Positions 11,986-24,865 of a stretch of 64,000 nucleotides of DNA are shown here, one piece after another. The translations under genes were made by a program, and so were the position numbers. The notes beneath the pieces were generated by a model, which saw only the letters and a program-made list of their open reading frames with translations, made no database searches and was not told the origin of the DNA. Numbering within the stretch: the stretch's first letter is position 1; every line of letters starts with the position of its first letter. This DNA comes from Octopus vulgaris (taxonomy: Eukaryota), in NCBI GenBank assembly GCA_951406725.2, contig OX597821.1, positions 22,382,001 through 22,446,000 on the forward strand, read 5' to 3'.

Positions 11986-12078
<93 letters not shown>

Positions 12079-12170
12079 CATATATATATATATATACACA
12101 TACATATATATATATATATACACATACATATATATATATATATAACATACATATATATATATATATATAT

Positions 12171-12223
<53 letters not shown>

Positions 12224-12286
12224 CATATATATATACATATATATATATATATAGGGCACACAGGATATATATTGAGCGAAAACACT

Positions 12287-12358
<72 letters not shown>

Positions 12359-12394
12359 CAAGAATGGAGTAAATCATTTTATCACTCAAATGAA

Positions 12395-12426
<32 letters not shown>
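11975..12426. repeat. (TA)n/(TACA) microsatellite with two short unique inserts
   Basis: Inserts at 12254-12290 and 12359-12400. Confidence 0.9.
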
Positions 12427-12926
12427 CAACCTACTGTGTAAGCACTGAAGTACCTTTTCCTTATTCCTTCTAATTTGTTTCACTGGCACCGTAGCCATGC
12501 TCTAAGACTTGTTCTTGAGCGTTTTAATCGATTACGATTACTTACCTCCTGATGCATTTTCTGATGTTTCCCATATTTTCTTTTAAATCGAAATGTGAGG
12601 AATTGCAAAAATTGACCTCAGTTAAAGGGGACATAATTAAGACAGGGTTATGTGATGTGTGTTAGTATGTATGTGTATGCGATCACCATTTGTTTATTTT
12701 ATTTTATTTTATTTATTTATTGTTTCACATCAAATTTCATTACATTCGTAATCTACCCCATCTGAAAAGTATAAGTAGAAAATTTTACTAAAGAAAACTA
12801 TTCTTTTCCCCCCTGGAAGTTATGAGGAAACAAATTCAATTCGTGCGAACTATCTGAAACTAGTCTCCTCCACCACACCCCCTCGGAAGAATATTTCTGC
12901 AACATATCTCGACTTAATCCGAATTT

Positions 12927-13315
12927 ATACTCTCTTTTTACTCTTTTACTTGTTTCAGTCATTTGACTGCGGCCATGCTGGAGCATGGGACTTATTCTTT
13001 TGTAAGCCCAGTACTTATTCTATCGGTCTCTTTTGCCGAACCGCTAAGTAACGGGGACGTAAACACACCAGCATCGGTTGTCAAGCAATGCTAGGGAGAC
13101 AAACACAGACACACAAACACATACACACACATACATATATATACATATATACGACGGGCTTCTTTCAGTTTCCGTCTACCAAATCCACTCACAAGGCTTT
13201 GGTCGGCCCGAGGCTATAGTAGAAGACACTTGCCCAAGGTGCCACGCAGTGGGACTGAACCCGGAACCATGTGGTTGGTAAACAAGCTACTTACCACACA
13301 GCCACTCCTGCGCCT
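12927..13315 (-). mobile_element. SINE family A (small internal deletion near tail)
   Basis: Near-identical to the other copies; gctggagcat joined directly to gggacttattc. Confidence 0.9.
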
Positions 13316-13391
13316 ACTATGAAAAGTTATAAGGAACTAAACTCAGGCATGAGGTGGGTACAGTTGTGTAGGTATGCTTATATATATATAT

Positions 13392-13670
13392 TTCCATATG
13401 ACAAACACTTGTGGTGGACATGCTTATAAAACCAAAAAAACAACACAGCACCCATGACTCTCGGAAATATTTCTCATCATGCTCAGAATTGCTGAAGCAT
13501 GGAATGAACTACCCGCATCAGTCGTTAGCTGTCAAGACACTACATCCTTCAAAACTTCAATGCTTCCTGAAATTCGTCAACTGTACACCTGATGGCCAAT
13601 TTTTTTATTTTTTTACTTCTTTAGTTGTAGCGCACCTGAACACTGTATACAACACTTTCCTTCATTATTT
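13392..13670 (+). mobile_element. CR1-clade LINE 3' remnant
   Basis: Frameshifted translation ..GHAYKTKKQHSTHDSRKYF..LRIAEAWNELPASVVSCQDTTSFKTSM matches the CR1 ORF2 C-terminal RGH..R..FF..R..WN.LP..VV..FK motif. Confidence 0.75.
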
Positions 13671-13690
13671 CCAGTATTATTATTATTATT

Positions 13691-13749
<59 letters not shown>

Positions 13750-13905
13750 ACAAACACACACATATACATATATATATCATATATATATAAACAGAAAGAG
13801 AGAACGAGAAAGGAAGAGATAGATTGATAGATGGCCAGATATACAAATGGATAGACTGACGGACATACAAATCAATCGATCGATCGATAGATAGATTTTT
13901 CACAG

Positions 13906-13969
13906 CCACTAGCGTCGGAGACCCTATAAAGGATCTCGTGACCCTTTATAGAGCCTCCGAGGCTTGTGG
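13906..13969. other. 64-nt imperfect hairpin (pre-miRNA-like or mini-MITE)
   Basis: ccactagcgtcggagaccctataaagg / cctttatagagcctccgaggcttgtgg, 23 of 27 complementary. Confidence 0.6.
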
Positions 13970-14050
13970 AAAGGATGGAGGTTTGTATCCTTAAACCGAA
14001 GTGCTAGCCCGAATGGCTTACTTCAGATCGGACTGCGCTAATGACTGCGC

Positions 14051-14083
<33 letters not shown>

Positions 14084-14321
14084 GGTTCTGATTACCTTCC
14101 TGATATACAATACAAGTGACTATCACATGTGCCCTACTTCGCTGGATATTTTCAGCATTTCAACGATTATTCCTGGTCCAGTGGCTTTTCCATGCTTTCA
14201 TAGCCATTTAGATGCACTCGACCGTACACCTGTCAACTTTTGTTGGTAGTTCCTCTGTTAGATCCACTTGCGGTACCCTTTCTCTGTCTCTCTACTCCCA
14301 TCTACCCCCGTTTCTCGCTTT

Positions 14322-14401
<80 letters not shown>

Positions 14402-14591
14402 TCTTTCTCTCTCTCTCACTCACTCACTATATCCAACTATCTCTCTTTCTTTCTGGCGTTAGTTATGGCAAGTGTGCCTTATCATCCTGCACACACTTTC
14501 CCCTCACTACGATGTATTGCCTTCCGCTAACATTAAAATCCGTTACATCTCATATCTCTGATCCTTTCATTTCTCCATGTTGCATGTAGCT

Positions 14592-14641
<50 letters not shown>

Positions 14642-14753
14642 GCGTGTATGTGTATCTATAAATGTGTATGTATGTGTGTGTGTGCATGTGTGTGTACGTA
14701 TATATATATATATATATGTATGTACGTACCTGCATATATGTGAATGTATGAGG

Positions 14754-14791
<38 letters not shown>

Positions 14792-14898
14792 GTATATATA
14801 TATATATACATACATACATATGTATATATATATATATATACATATGCATATATATATATATATATACATACATATGCATATATTGCATATATATATAT

Positions 14899-14939
<41 letters not shown>

Positions 14940-15110
14940 GTCCCTTTGGTGTCCTGTACTCATATATGCGTGTATATGTACATGTAGAGGTAGGTACGTA
15001 CATATATGTTTATATATATGCATATGTTTTATTTCATTTATTAATATATATATATATACATATGCATATGTCGTGTGATATATTACTGTACGTGTGCGTG
15101 TATACATACC

Positions 15111-15199
<89 letters not shown>

Positions 15200-15365
15200 C
15201 TGTGTATGTGTAATGTCTGTATGTATCGTCTGTGTAATGTTTAGAATTCTTCCTACAAGTGAGAAGCTGGTTTCTAACAAAGAAACAAAGCTACTTTGCT
15301 GGAATTCAGATAACAACAGTGATAATTATTACAAGTCGGACTAAGAAAGTCTTAAATAGTTTTAC

Positions 15366-15770
15366 TATCATCAGTGATGCTTCCTGGGAGCCATTAGATG
15401 TTTCACTCTTTCGGACCTGTGAGCAATCAGACACTCTCACCCAGGCAACCCAGCCAGGGTTGATCAAGCGCTCAACTTTGCCCAGTTAGCATTAATCCAA
15501 GTAATACTACCTCTTCCAAGACTCACTTCTCCTGATCCACATCCCCCTTGGGTAACTTCTGCTGCTTCCATAGTCAACTTAATGGCCTTCCACCTACAGG
15601 CCTCCTCTGATGCCCTGCATATTGTAAACCCTACAGAGCTACGGATCTTTAATCCTTCTGCATCTCACCTCAGTGAGATCACACACTGCTTACCACTCAT
15701 TGTTTCAACATAACTCTACCAGCTCAGCATATTTCTTTCCCTTACTCTTGTCTGCGAAATAAGGCCCTCC
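15366..15770 (-). mobile_element. HERO-clade (RLE endonuclease) non-LTR retrotransposon 3' remnant
   Basis: Minus translation KGKKYAELVELC*NNEW*AVCDLTEVRCRRI...LCRVYNMQGI..KAIKLTMEAAEV..MWIRRSESW resembles the HERO KY..L..EVGCRG..AAE..WLW C-terminus; 3' UTR tgatcaaccctggctgggttgcctgggtgag. Confidence 0.75.
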
Positions 15771-16537
15771 CAGGGAATGGAGAGTTTTAAAAGAAACACC
15801 TAAAAACAACTGAGTGGATGTTTTTTGAAATCAGCCCCAGCAATATGAAAGGTAAAACTCCCGGCTGCTTTCTTCGTTACTAGATTTTCACGTTTTTAAT
15901 TGCATTAAGACATTTTATGTAAGTTGTTTTATGGGGCCCTCGATTGAAGAGCCGCTTTGCTTGTGAAGATGGTGGTGCTGGTGGTGCTGGTGGTGGTTTT
16001 GGTGGTGGTAACGATAATGATACTGTAGGGATGTCTGGTGTGTTGTTGGTAAGAAATACAGTCGATGACAACGTTATTATCTATAATCATATATACTGTA
16101 ATAGGTCTGCGTGGTTAATGTATATACTGTAACCATTGACAACAGGACACAACGGTATCTAGCAACTACTATTGAATATTGTATGTGAATGGATGTCAAC
16201 TTCTTGATGTATGTGGCCATCAGTGTGTGTGTGTGTTGCGTGCGTGTGTGTCCCCTTACACATATACACTTCGGTTTTTCTGTCTAAATCAGTATCAAGT
16301 GTACACACACATACATATATGCACATGCGCCATGCATAATATACATATATATGCATAGATACATGGATATAAACACACACGCGTACGCATACACACGCAC
16401 ACACACACATATAACTTGGGATTTGGACATTAAGTTATATGTATGTGTGTGTGGTGGGGCTTATATCTGTACAGGTTTTTATGTGCACATATGTATGTTT
16501 ATAGCTGTATATGTATCTGTGCATGCATATGTGTGTA

Positions 16538-16580
<43 letters not shown>

Positions 16581-16583
<3 letters not shown>

Positions 16584-16909
16584 GGCGCATGACTCAGTGG
16601 CTAGAGCGTCGAGCTTACGATCGTGAGGTTGTGAGCTCGAATCCCGGACAGGGCTGTGTTGCGTTCTTGAGCAAGACACTTTATTTCACGTCGCTCCAGT
16701 TCACTCAGCTGTAGAAATGAGTTGCGACGTCACTTAGTGCCAAGCTGTATCGGCCCCTTTGCCTTTCCCTTGGATAACACTGGTGGAGAGGGAAGGTTGG
16801 TATGCATGGGCGACTGCTGGTCTTCCATAAGCAACCTTGCCTGGACTTGTGCCTGGGAGGGTGACTTTCTAGGTGCAATCCCATGGTCAGTCATGGCCGA
16901 AGGGGGTCT
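16581..16909 (+). mobile_element. SINE family D (tRNA head, CORE/Meta-like core)
   Basis: gaaggcgcatg..cagtgg.tagagcg..gttcttgagcaagacactttatttcacg..ctcagctgtagaaatg; matches 55463-55800. Confidence 0.85.
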
Positions 16910-17827
16910 TAGCATATATATATATTGTTGCCATTATGTTAAACTGCCGTATGTCCAAATTTAGCGAAATGCATCTTGTTCAATATTTATATTTACTTGC
17001 AGTAACCGGTTCTTTTGGTCAAGCTATCATATCTCCGGCTGCTCCAAGATATCAAAAGTTGTCAGTTTAGCATAACAGTTTTGCTATGGAATGGTGAAAC
17101 TATTTTTTCATTTTCTGAAAAAGTAAAGTTTTGGACTTACGACACTTTTGCATAATAGCAACGATAATAAAATTATTTTAGCATTTTCTACCTTGTCTTA
17201 TTTTCGTTACACACACACAAACACACATTATGCATGCCGCATATAGATACATACATACATACACACACATACACACACATACACACACACATACATACAT
17301 ACATACACACACATACATACAAACACACACATAAAAACACACATACATACATACATACATACATACATACATACATACATACATACATACATACATACAT
17401 ACATACATACATACATACTTGTACCCACTCACCACACGTATACATAGTCCCCCCAGGCCAAAACTAATCCACTTCGGCCCAGTACACACATATTGATATA
17501 TTGACGTTGGAAGCGGCTGTCATGGCGTCCTTTGTCTACGTCACAGCTCTTCTTTTCAGCAATGGAAAAATCCCATACACTTACATATTAGAACACATTC
17601 GCTCTCCTTCTTTACCAAACACACATATATGCACTCACATTCATTCACTCTCTTACTCAGACTTTTAACTTTTGAAAAAGCTGCTTACTCACGTTTTAGT
17701 GTGAGTTTCTACAGAGGTAAGGTTGTAACAACCAGCTCAAAACATAATGGCGGACTTGGGAAACAAGCGTCTTATCCTCTGAAACACAAGCATAATCTGT
17801 TGTCTGGTGGTCCCTTTTTTTTTCTGG

Positions 17828-18530
17828 ATTGGCTAAGTCGGTTGTAGAATTGGACAAAAATGCTTTGGAATCGATATTTGCTCTGGCTCTTTATGTTCTG
17901 GGTTCAAATTCTGTCGAGGTCAGTTTTACCTTTCATATTGCTGGGGCTGATGAAATAAAGTACCAGTCAAGTACTGAGATTGATATAATTGAATTTCTTT
18001 TTTCCAATATGAGGCTTTGTACATACATAAGAAGCCATTGTCATTATCATTTCGATGTAATCGACTGTATTCTCTTCAAAGTCTTTAGACCCGTGTTATT
18101 TTTATTACTGTTTTTATTGGTGAGGCACCGAGCTGGCAGAGCCCCGTTACCGCACTGGATAAAATAATTCGTGGCATTTCTTCTGGCTGTACGTCCTGAT
18201 TACAGCTTATTACAAGGTTGATTCTGTCATTCATCCTTTTGGAGTCGTCAAAATAAGTACCAGTTGAGTACTGGTGGGGGGGGGGTCGATGTAATCGATT
18301 AGCCTCATCCCCAAAATTTCAGGCTTTGTGCCTATAGTAGAAAATATTATTATCATTGATAAGGCAACGAGCTAGCGGAATGGTTAGCACGTCGGCCAAA
18401 ACTCTTAGTGGCATCGCATTCACGTTTTGAGTTAAAATTCCGCTGACGTTGACTTTGCTTTCATCTTTTCGGGATCGATGAAATCAATTAGCCCCCTTCC
18501 TCCAAGATATCATGCTTTGTGCCTATAATT
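17828..18530 (+). mobile_element. Three degenerate tandem SINE family C copies
   Basis: Repeated ttcaaatt..tttcatc..gataaa/gatgaaataagtaccag motifs. Confidence 0.75.
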
Positions 18531-19977
18531 GTTACTATTGTTGTTTAGCTAATTACTAGTTTGTAATTTAGTAATCAAGTTAGTCAAACCACTAATCATG
18601 TCGCTTTAACCTTATTGTTATTTCAAAGCTTGTTTGCTTTCGCGGTGGATCAGTTTCGGTCGTAGTTTGGCACTAATACAGCCGGCGTGTTTAAGTCTTC
18701 AATGTTATATAGGTGAACCACTAACACACTTTGAAGAGTTTACCAGTCATGTGTCGATTATATCACTCATCATGCATTTTACGAGAATTGAAATAACTGT
18801 AACGATCAGGTATATTTCCATTGAAATTTAATATTTCGTTGTTGTTGTTGCTGTCACTAGTGTACTCGTTACTGTTGTGTTTCTTCGCCTTAATCAAATA
18901 AACCTATGAGCAAATAGTTTCAAGTCGTAATCATGTTGTCCTTTATTCAGATAAATCTTATCTACCAGTTAGATATTGAAATTAGTGTTAACGTAAAAAA
19001 TGCTAACGCGAAGAAGTTATGTAGCCAGGTGGGGGAAGAATGTTAGTGAATAATAATGTTTGTTTTAATTATTTCTGCAAGTACGGGAGACAATTCCAAA
19101 TATATTTCGGGCATATTACAACCTCATCAGCCAAACAGTCAAGTTAGGACGACTTTTGTGATGATGACGCCTATTGCGGCAAAAACACATGTCCACGGCC
19201 TTCTTTTTGACTCGTGTGTGTGTATGCGTATACGTATGCATATGTGTGTGTGTATTGTGTGTGCATATACATATACATATATAGTGTGTGTGTGTGCATA
19301 TACGTATGCGTATATAGTGTGTTTGCACATGTTTACATGTGTATATGTATTATGTGACTATATGCATATATATGTATGTACGTATATATGCATATATGTA
19401 TTTGCATGTGTGTGTATATATATAAAATTCTTTGTCTACCTGTCCCCTATGCATTATCAAGCGGCTTCACTAAATCAAATCAAAGTTTGCAAGGTCCCCG
19501 CGAGTGTCAACATGTAATTTTTATTTCATTTGGATTGAAACAACATTTTCTTGAAAATAATCTTTCTATAGTCAACTATAGTAACGGACATTTTATACCA
19601 CGGTGACGACGTCACATTTTGTAGATGAGTGCATACGTATCTGTGTGTGTTTGCGCGTTTGTTACGTACGAGATAGTAAAGGACATTTTATACCACGTTG
19701 ACCTCACAGCTCTATCGTTCTCTCTTCATTCTGTCTAGCGTTTACCGTTGTAACGATGTCTGGAAAAAAATTACAGCCAATTTTATTGTTTACAATTTTC
19801 TGTACCGGTGTATTTGTGTACACTAACACATAAACAAAAATGTGACGAAGGGTGCAGGGAGCACTAGCATTGCTAGAAATAAGAGTCAAAGAACTCTTTA
19901 GTCACAGAAACACATTTTCTGCTTACTGACAGGGGACACATATGTGTGTATATATATATATTTATACATGTGCGTAT

Positions 19978-20064
<87 letters not shown>

Positions 20065-20339
20065 GCAGGTACATGTGTATATGCATACGTAGGGTGTTTT
20101 GATTCTCCTCACCCCCACTCCATCCGCTGTTTCTTTTGTGCATATGCATTGGCAGTGTGCAGTTGCACTGCTCCCCCTCTCCCGCCTCCTTTTTGAAGTT
20201 AGCTGTCACACACTCTCCAGTATGTCGCCTAATACTATTATGCAAACATGACCCTTCTTGTGAGTGACAGCAAGACAGCTCCTTCGTGGAACCTGTTGGG
20301 ACTTGATAGTTGATGATGTTACTCAGTACGAAGCTGGTG

Positions 20340-20835
20340 CACCTGATTATATATTTGCAACCATGTGATTTCGGTTTGGGTCCGTCCCACTGCGTAACAC
20401 TTTGAGCAAGTGTCTTCTACTATAGCCCTGGGCCGACTAGTGCCTTCTGAGTGAATTTAGTAAATGGAATCTGTGTGGATACTTGTCGTGTGTGTATGTG
20501 TCTTTTAGGTCACACTCGCTCCGGCCACCACTTGACAACTGGTGCTGCTTTGTTTATGTCCCTGTAACTTAGCGGTTCTTATATCTACTTAGATATAATA
20601 AAAAGTAAAAATCCTTCAAGGTGACACTCCAACATGGCTGCAGTCCAATGACTGAAACACGTAAAAGCTACATACATACATACATACATACATACATACA
20701 TACATACATACATACATACATACATACATGCATGCACAGGAGTGGCTGTGTGGTAAATAACTTGCTTACCAGCCATATGGTTCTGTGTTCAGTCCTACTG
20801 CGTGGCACCTTGCCTAAGTGTCTTCTACTACAGCC
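20340..20835 (+). mobile_element. Degenerate SINE family A copy plus a second head fragment
   Basis: gagcaagtgtcttctactatagcc...atggctgcagtccaatgactgaaac; second head caggagtggctgtgtggtaa at about 20737. Confidence 0.7.
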
Positions 20836-20946
20836 GAAACAAAATATATTATGTCGAACTAACGATTATGGATTAAATATCCTTCATAGAATTCTTTAAT
20901 CTTAGTGACCAGACAATTTCTTTGAACTTGTCACCCTCTGGAATAT

Positions 20947-21025
20947 ATACATCTTTTCCTCCACTTACGACCTCTGCGACTTACGACCATCAGCATTTAC
21001 GACCATCAGCATTTACGACCACAAA
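20947..21025 (+). repeat. Tigger-like terminus with ~16-bp tandem units (ttacgaccatcagcat)
   Basis: Four ttacgacc units in tandem after tcctccac. Confidence 0.45.
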
Positions 21026-21139
21026 AAATAAGGAAATAAAAAAAAAAATTTAATCGATTTTCGGACGTTGGACAGCTGCGTGTATGATAACTATGGCAGC
21101 ATAGGGCAACGCAGGCCTCTGCCCTCAGTGTATGAGTGT

Positions 21140-21350
21140 TTGTGTGTGTGTGTTTGTCCCCCCCAACATCGCTTGACAACCGATGCTGGTGTGTTTACGT
21201 CCCCGTCACTTAGCGGTTCGGCAAAAGAGACCGATAGAATAAGTACTGGGCTTACAAAGAATAAGTCCTGGGGTCGATTTGCTCCACTAAAGGCGGTGCT
21301 CCAGCATGGCCGCAGTCAAATGACTGAAACAAGTAAAAGAGTAAAGAGTA
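21140..21350 (+). mobile_element. SINE family A 3' half
   Basis: tgtttgtccccc..aaggcggtgctccagcatggccgcagtcaaatgactgaaacaagtaaaagag. Confidence 0.9.
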
Positions 21351-21357
21351 TATACGT

Positions 21358-21780
21358 ATGAAAAATCTTGGAAGGGCATGTTCCAAATTTCGGCATTAGT
21401 GAGAATTTTAATGCACGAACTAGTAGATACTGTCAGCTTCCAAATATACCATCTTCCAAATCACGAGCAAAAACACTCTGTTGTACCATTCTGATATTTA
21501 GAGGTCCTCAATTGTTCGACTGCCTATCTAAAGTAATCCGAAATATAAGAGACCTCTACTGAGACATTAAAAAAAGAAATAACATTGGATAAACTCCTAA
21601 CGACGATTCCAGATCAGCCCACCATTCAAGAAAACTCTCAAGGAAAATTAGCTGCTTGAAATTCAATAATAGACCAACTTTCAGTCATAAACCGACAACA
21701 AAACTGAAAGAAAATAAATTAATGGCGGTGCTCCAACATGGCCGCGATCTTCAATATAAAACCATTAGAAAAATAAAGAT
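21358..21780 (+). mobile_element. CR1/L2-like LINE 3' remnant sharing its tail with SINE A
   Basis: Translation KILEGHVPNFGI..FRGPQLFDCL..IRN..LDKLLTTIPDQPT..AA*NSIIDQ; 3' UTR ggcggtgctccaacatggccgc. Confidence 0.75.
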
Positions 21781-22023
21781 AGATTTTGTTTTAGTGTTGG
21801 GTACTGAAAAGTTTGGTTCTTCACAAGAAATAGTGTGATCCTTTCTTTGGAGTTGTACATAATATGGTATATATATGCTAGTACTCGCGCAAGCAAGAAA
21901 CACACACACACGGTTTTCATTGATTTGAATGTTGTTTTTTGTATCTAAGTGAACATAAATAACAGCACGAATCTCTGTGTATGTCTGTACGCGCGCGCGA
22001 GTGTATCTATCTATCTATCTACC

Positions 22024-22073
<50 letters not shown>

Positions 22074-22116
22074 CCAAATTTGTATTTAATTGGTATAAAA
22101 AGTAAAAAAATATTAC

Positions 22117-22223
22117 GTAAGTAGCTATGTCGTTAAGGGAAGCTTCCGTACCTACTTAAGTATTTTTACTCTTCCCTGCTCTCTTCCCCTCACTCTCTGT
22201 CCTTCTTCCTTACTCTCCCCCCC

Positions 22224-22260
<37 letters not shown>

Positions 22261-22324
22261 TTGTGAAATGGTTGGTTTTTGTGAGTCAATGAATATATTG
22301 AGTGAGAAAATATATAAAGGTGAG
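22117..22324 (+). repeat. ~210-bp repeat, inverted copy at 26773-26983
   Basis: Non-microsatellite parts near-identical to the reverse complement of 26773-26983. Confidence 0.9.
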
Positions 22325-22382
22325 CGTATATGCGAATAATGTGTGTGCGTATGTATGTGTGTGTGTATGTGTGTGTGTGTGT

Positions 22383-22431
<49 letters not shown>

Positions 22432-22529
22432 AAAGCAAGTTGTATTTCGTTGGTTTGCATGGAAGTCGGTAAAGTTTCGGTTGCTAGATAATTTGTTTCT
22501 TTGTTGGATGTGTGTGTGTGTGTGTTTAA

Positions 22530-23060
22530 GTGGTGGTGGAGTGGCGTGGAGCTTGTGTCTGTTGTGTGAAGTGGTGTGGAGTGGAATAAAGCCAGCGCCT
22601 GTGGTGTGGCTGTGCAGTTTAGTGCGTCGTGGAGATGGAGGTAGCGTGTGTGGGGTGGCATGAACTTGCGTCTATGGTATGAAGGTTTGTATGAGTGTGT
22701 TGTATGGTGAGTATGAAAACGTGTGAAGTAGAGCTGGCGCCTGTGATGTGCTTAGATAATAAGTATCGTTTGGAATGAAGGTTACATCTGCAACGTGGAG
22801 TGGAGTGGATCTGGTGCCTACAGTTTGGTTATGTAACAAGTACTGTGTGGAGTAAAGGTAATATTTCTGCCATAAGTGGAATGAAGAAAAGCTGGCGCGT
22901 CTGGTGTTGAGTGAGGTAGCATCTGTGCTATGAAATGGAGTGAAGTAAAGCTGATGGATGTGGTTTGTAGTGAAGGTAGCATCTGCAAAGTGGAGTGAAG
23001 GTAGCATCTGTGCTATGAAGAGGAGTGGAGTAAAGCTGGTGTCATTAGTGTTGAGTGAAG
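22530..23060 (+). repeat. Degenerate GT/GA-rich minisatellite
   Basis: Recurring gtggagtgaaggtagcatctgtg..gtaaagctgg units. Confidence 0.6.
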
Positions 23061-23172
23061 ACATTCTGTAGACTATTAAAAGTAATAATGCGGTGCGTAG
23101 AGCTAGTTTCCTCGTTTAGGTGTGGTTTGGCAGTGGTTTCCAATCGTGGTCAGTCTGTTGAGGTGAAGACAT

Positions 23173-23261
<89 letters not shown>

Positions 23262-23284
23262 ATGTATGTATGTATGTATGTATA

Positions 23285-23429
23285 GGGAGAATTAACGAAA
23301 AAAAACCAAAGACGAAGACAGGTGGTGTAGAAAAATAAACAGATGTATTAGTATAACGCTCGGAATTGAAAAAGTCTTTTATGTTTCGAGCCTACGCTCT
23401 TCCACAGAAAGGAACGCAGAAAGAAACGA

Positions 23430-23431
<2 letters not shown>
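23285..23431 (-). mobile_element. Penelope-like terminal fragment with degenerate hammerhead, in (TA)n
   Basis: Minus strand cttt-CTGTGGA-A-GAGC-gtag-GCTC-GAAA-CA-TA-aaag; homologous to 1085-1240. Confidence 0.6.
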
Positions 23432-23481
<50 letters not shown>

Positions 23482-23793
23482 ATTGCGATGATTCTTGTCT
23501 AGTTGTTGTTTTCACAATTCAATAGTCTTATAATGATCAAATGTCGTTGGGGAAGAGGTGATTGTGGTCTGGTTGTTTTTCTTGTGGTTGTTGTGCGATG
23601 GCATTGTTGTAGTATCATGGATGTTGTGTGGTGGCATAAGTGTGGTGAGGATATCGTCTAGCTATGGTCTGCTGCATTATATAGTGAAGAAGTGATATAA
23701 GAGCACAAATATCACCAAACTGACTTCCGCGATCCAGAGTTCACTCTGACCTTTGTCTGACATTAATGCAATATATCTCCAACACTCTCCCAC

Positions 23794-23886
<93 letters not shown>

Positions 23887-24002
23887 GCCTTGCTAGTAAC
23901 CTTTACTCTCCAAATGTTGTACATCGCAAACGGTTATATATTTTAACTTGTTTTAAGCATTAAGCTGTCGCCATGCTGGGGTATCACACAAAGTGTGTGT
24001 GC

Positions 24003-24053
<51 letters not shown>

Positions 24054-24540
24054 TGTGTGTGATAAGTGGCATACACAACAATCAACTCTCAGGCCCTTGA
24101 ACGACTTTTGTAACTTTATTCAATGAGTTCTATCTCTCGTTTGTTGTTCTTCCAACCATATATATATACATGTATGTATGTATGTATGTATGTATGTATC
24201 TATGTATGTATATATGTATGTATGTATGTATGTACGTACGTATGTATGTAGGGATCTGGGGCGAGTTGTGTCACCTGTCTACGGTTTTCAGGTGTTTTAA
24301 CATCCAATGCAATGAGGGAATCGCCCTTTGGCCGCTTTATCGAAGCGAACCGGCAAACTTACAAAACATATTGCGTGTGCGCGGTTAATAATATATATAG
24401 TCGTTTAAGCCACCATAAGTCAGAAAAATTCGGCGCTTGCACATTTGTCAATAGAGTGGGTATATTAATCAAAGAGCGAGAGAGCGCGAGAAAAGAGGGA
24501 GAGAGGAAGAGAGAGAGAGGGGGAGGGAGGGAGAGAGGGG

Positions 24541-24574
<34 letters not shown>

Positions 24575-24865
24575 ACTGACCAGTTGTTGATTCCATTTTC
24601 TGCAGTAGAGCTTGAATAAACGAAATATTTTCTACCTGGAATGTTTGCTGAATTTTTTGAAGAAGATCCAAAATGTGTGATGTACGAGTAATCGGACAAG
24701 AGACGTTTTTACACCAGAAAATATCAAATGCTAATTCCGCTAAATTTCTCCAGAGCAACATAGAAAATCACACGTTGTTTATTTACAGCTCTCATTTGCT
24801 TCAGGTGACGTGTGTAACAAAATTGGATATGACATTTTCAAGACAAATACTTTCTTTATCTTCTA

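Noticed and set aside
11975-12426. CRISPR-like repeat/spacer appearance
   Set aside because: The repeats are variable-length (TA)n, the context is eukaryotic, and there are no cas genes.
13078-13281. Recurrent ORF ...[43 protein letters not shown] seen in many copies
   Set aside because: Antisense reading of SINE family A, not a gene family.
15395-15435. Hammerhead-like CTGAT..GAAAC in the HERO 3' UTR (minus)
   Set aside because: Core reads CTGATTG and no proper UH site or stem I could be built.
19581-19702. 27-bp direct repeat ggacattttataccacg
   Set aside because: Simple local duplication with no further structure.
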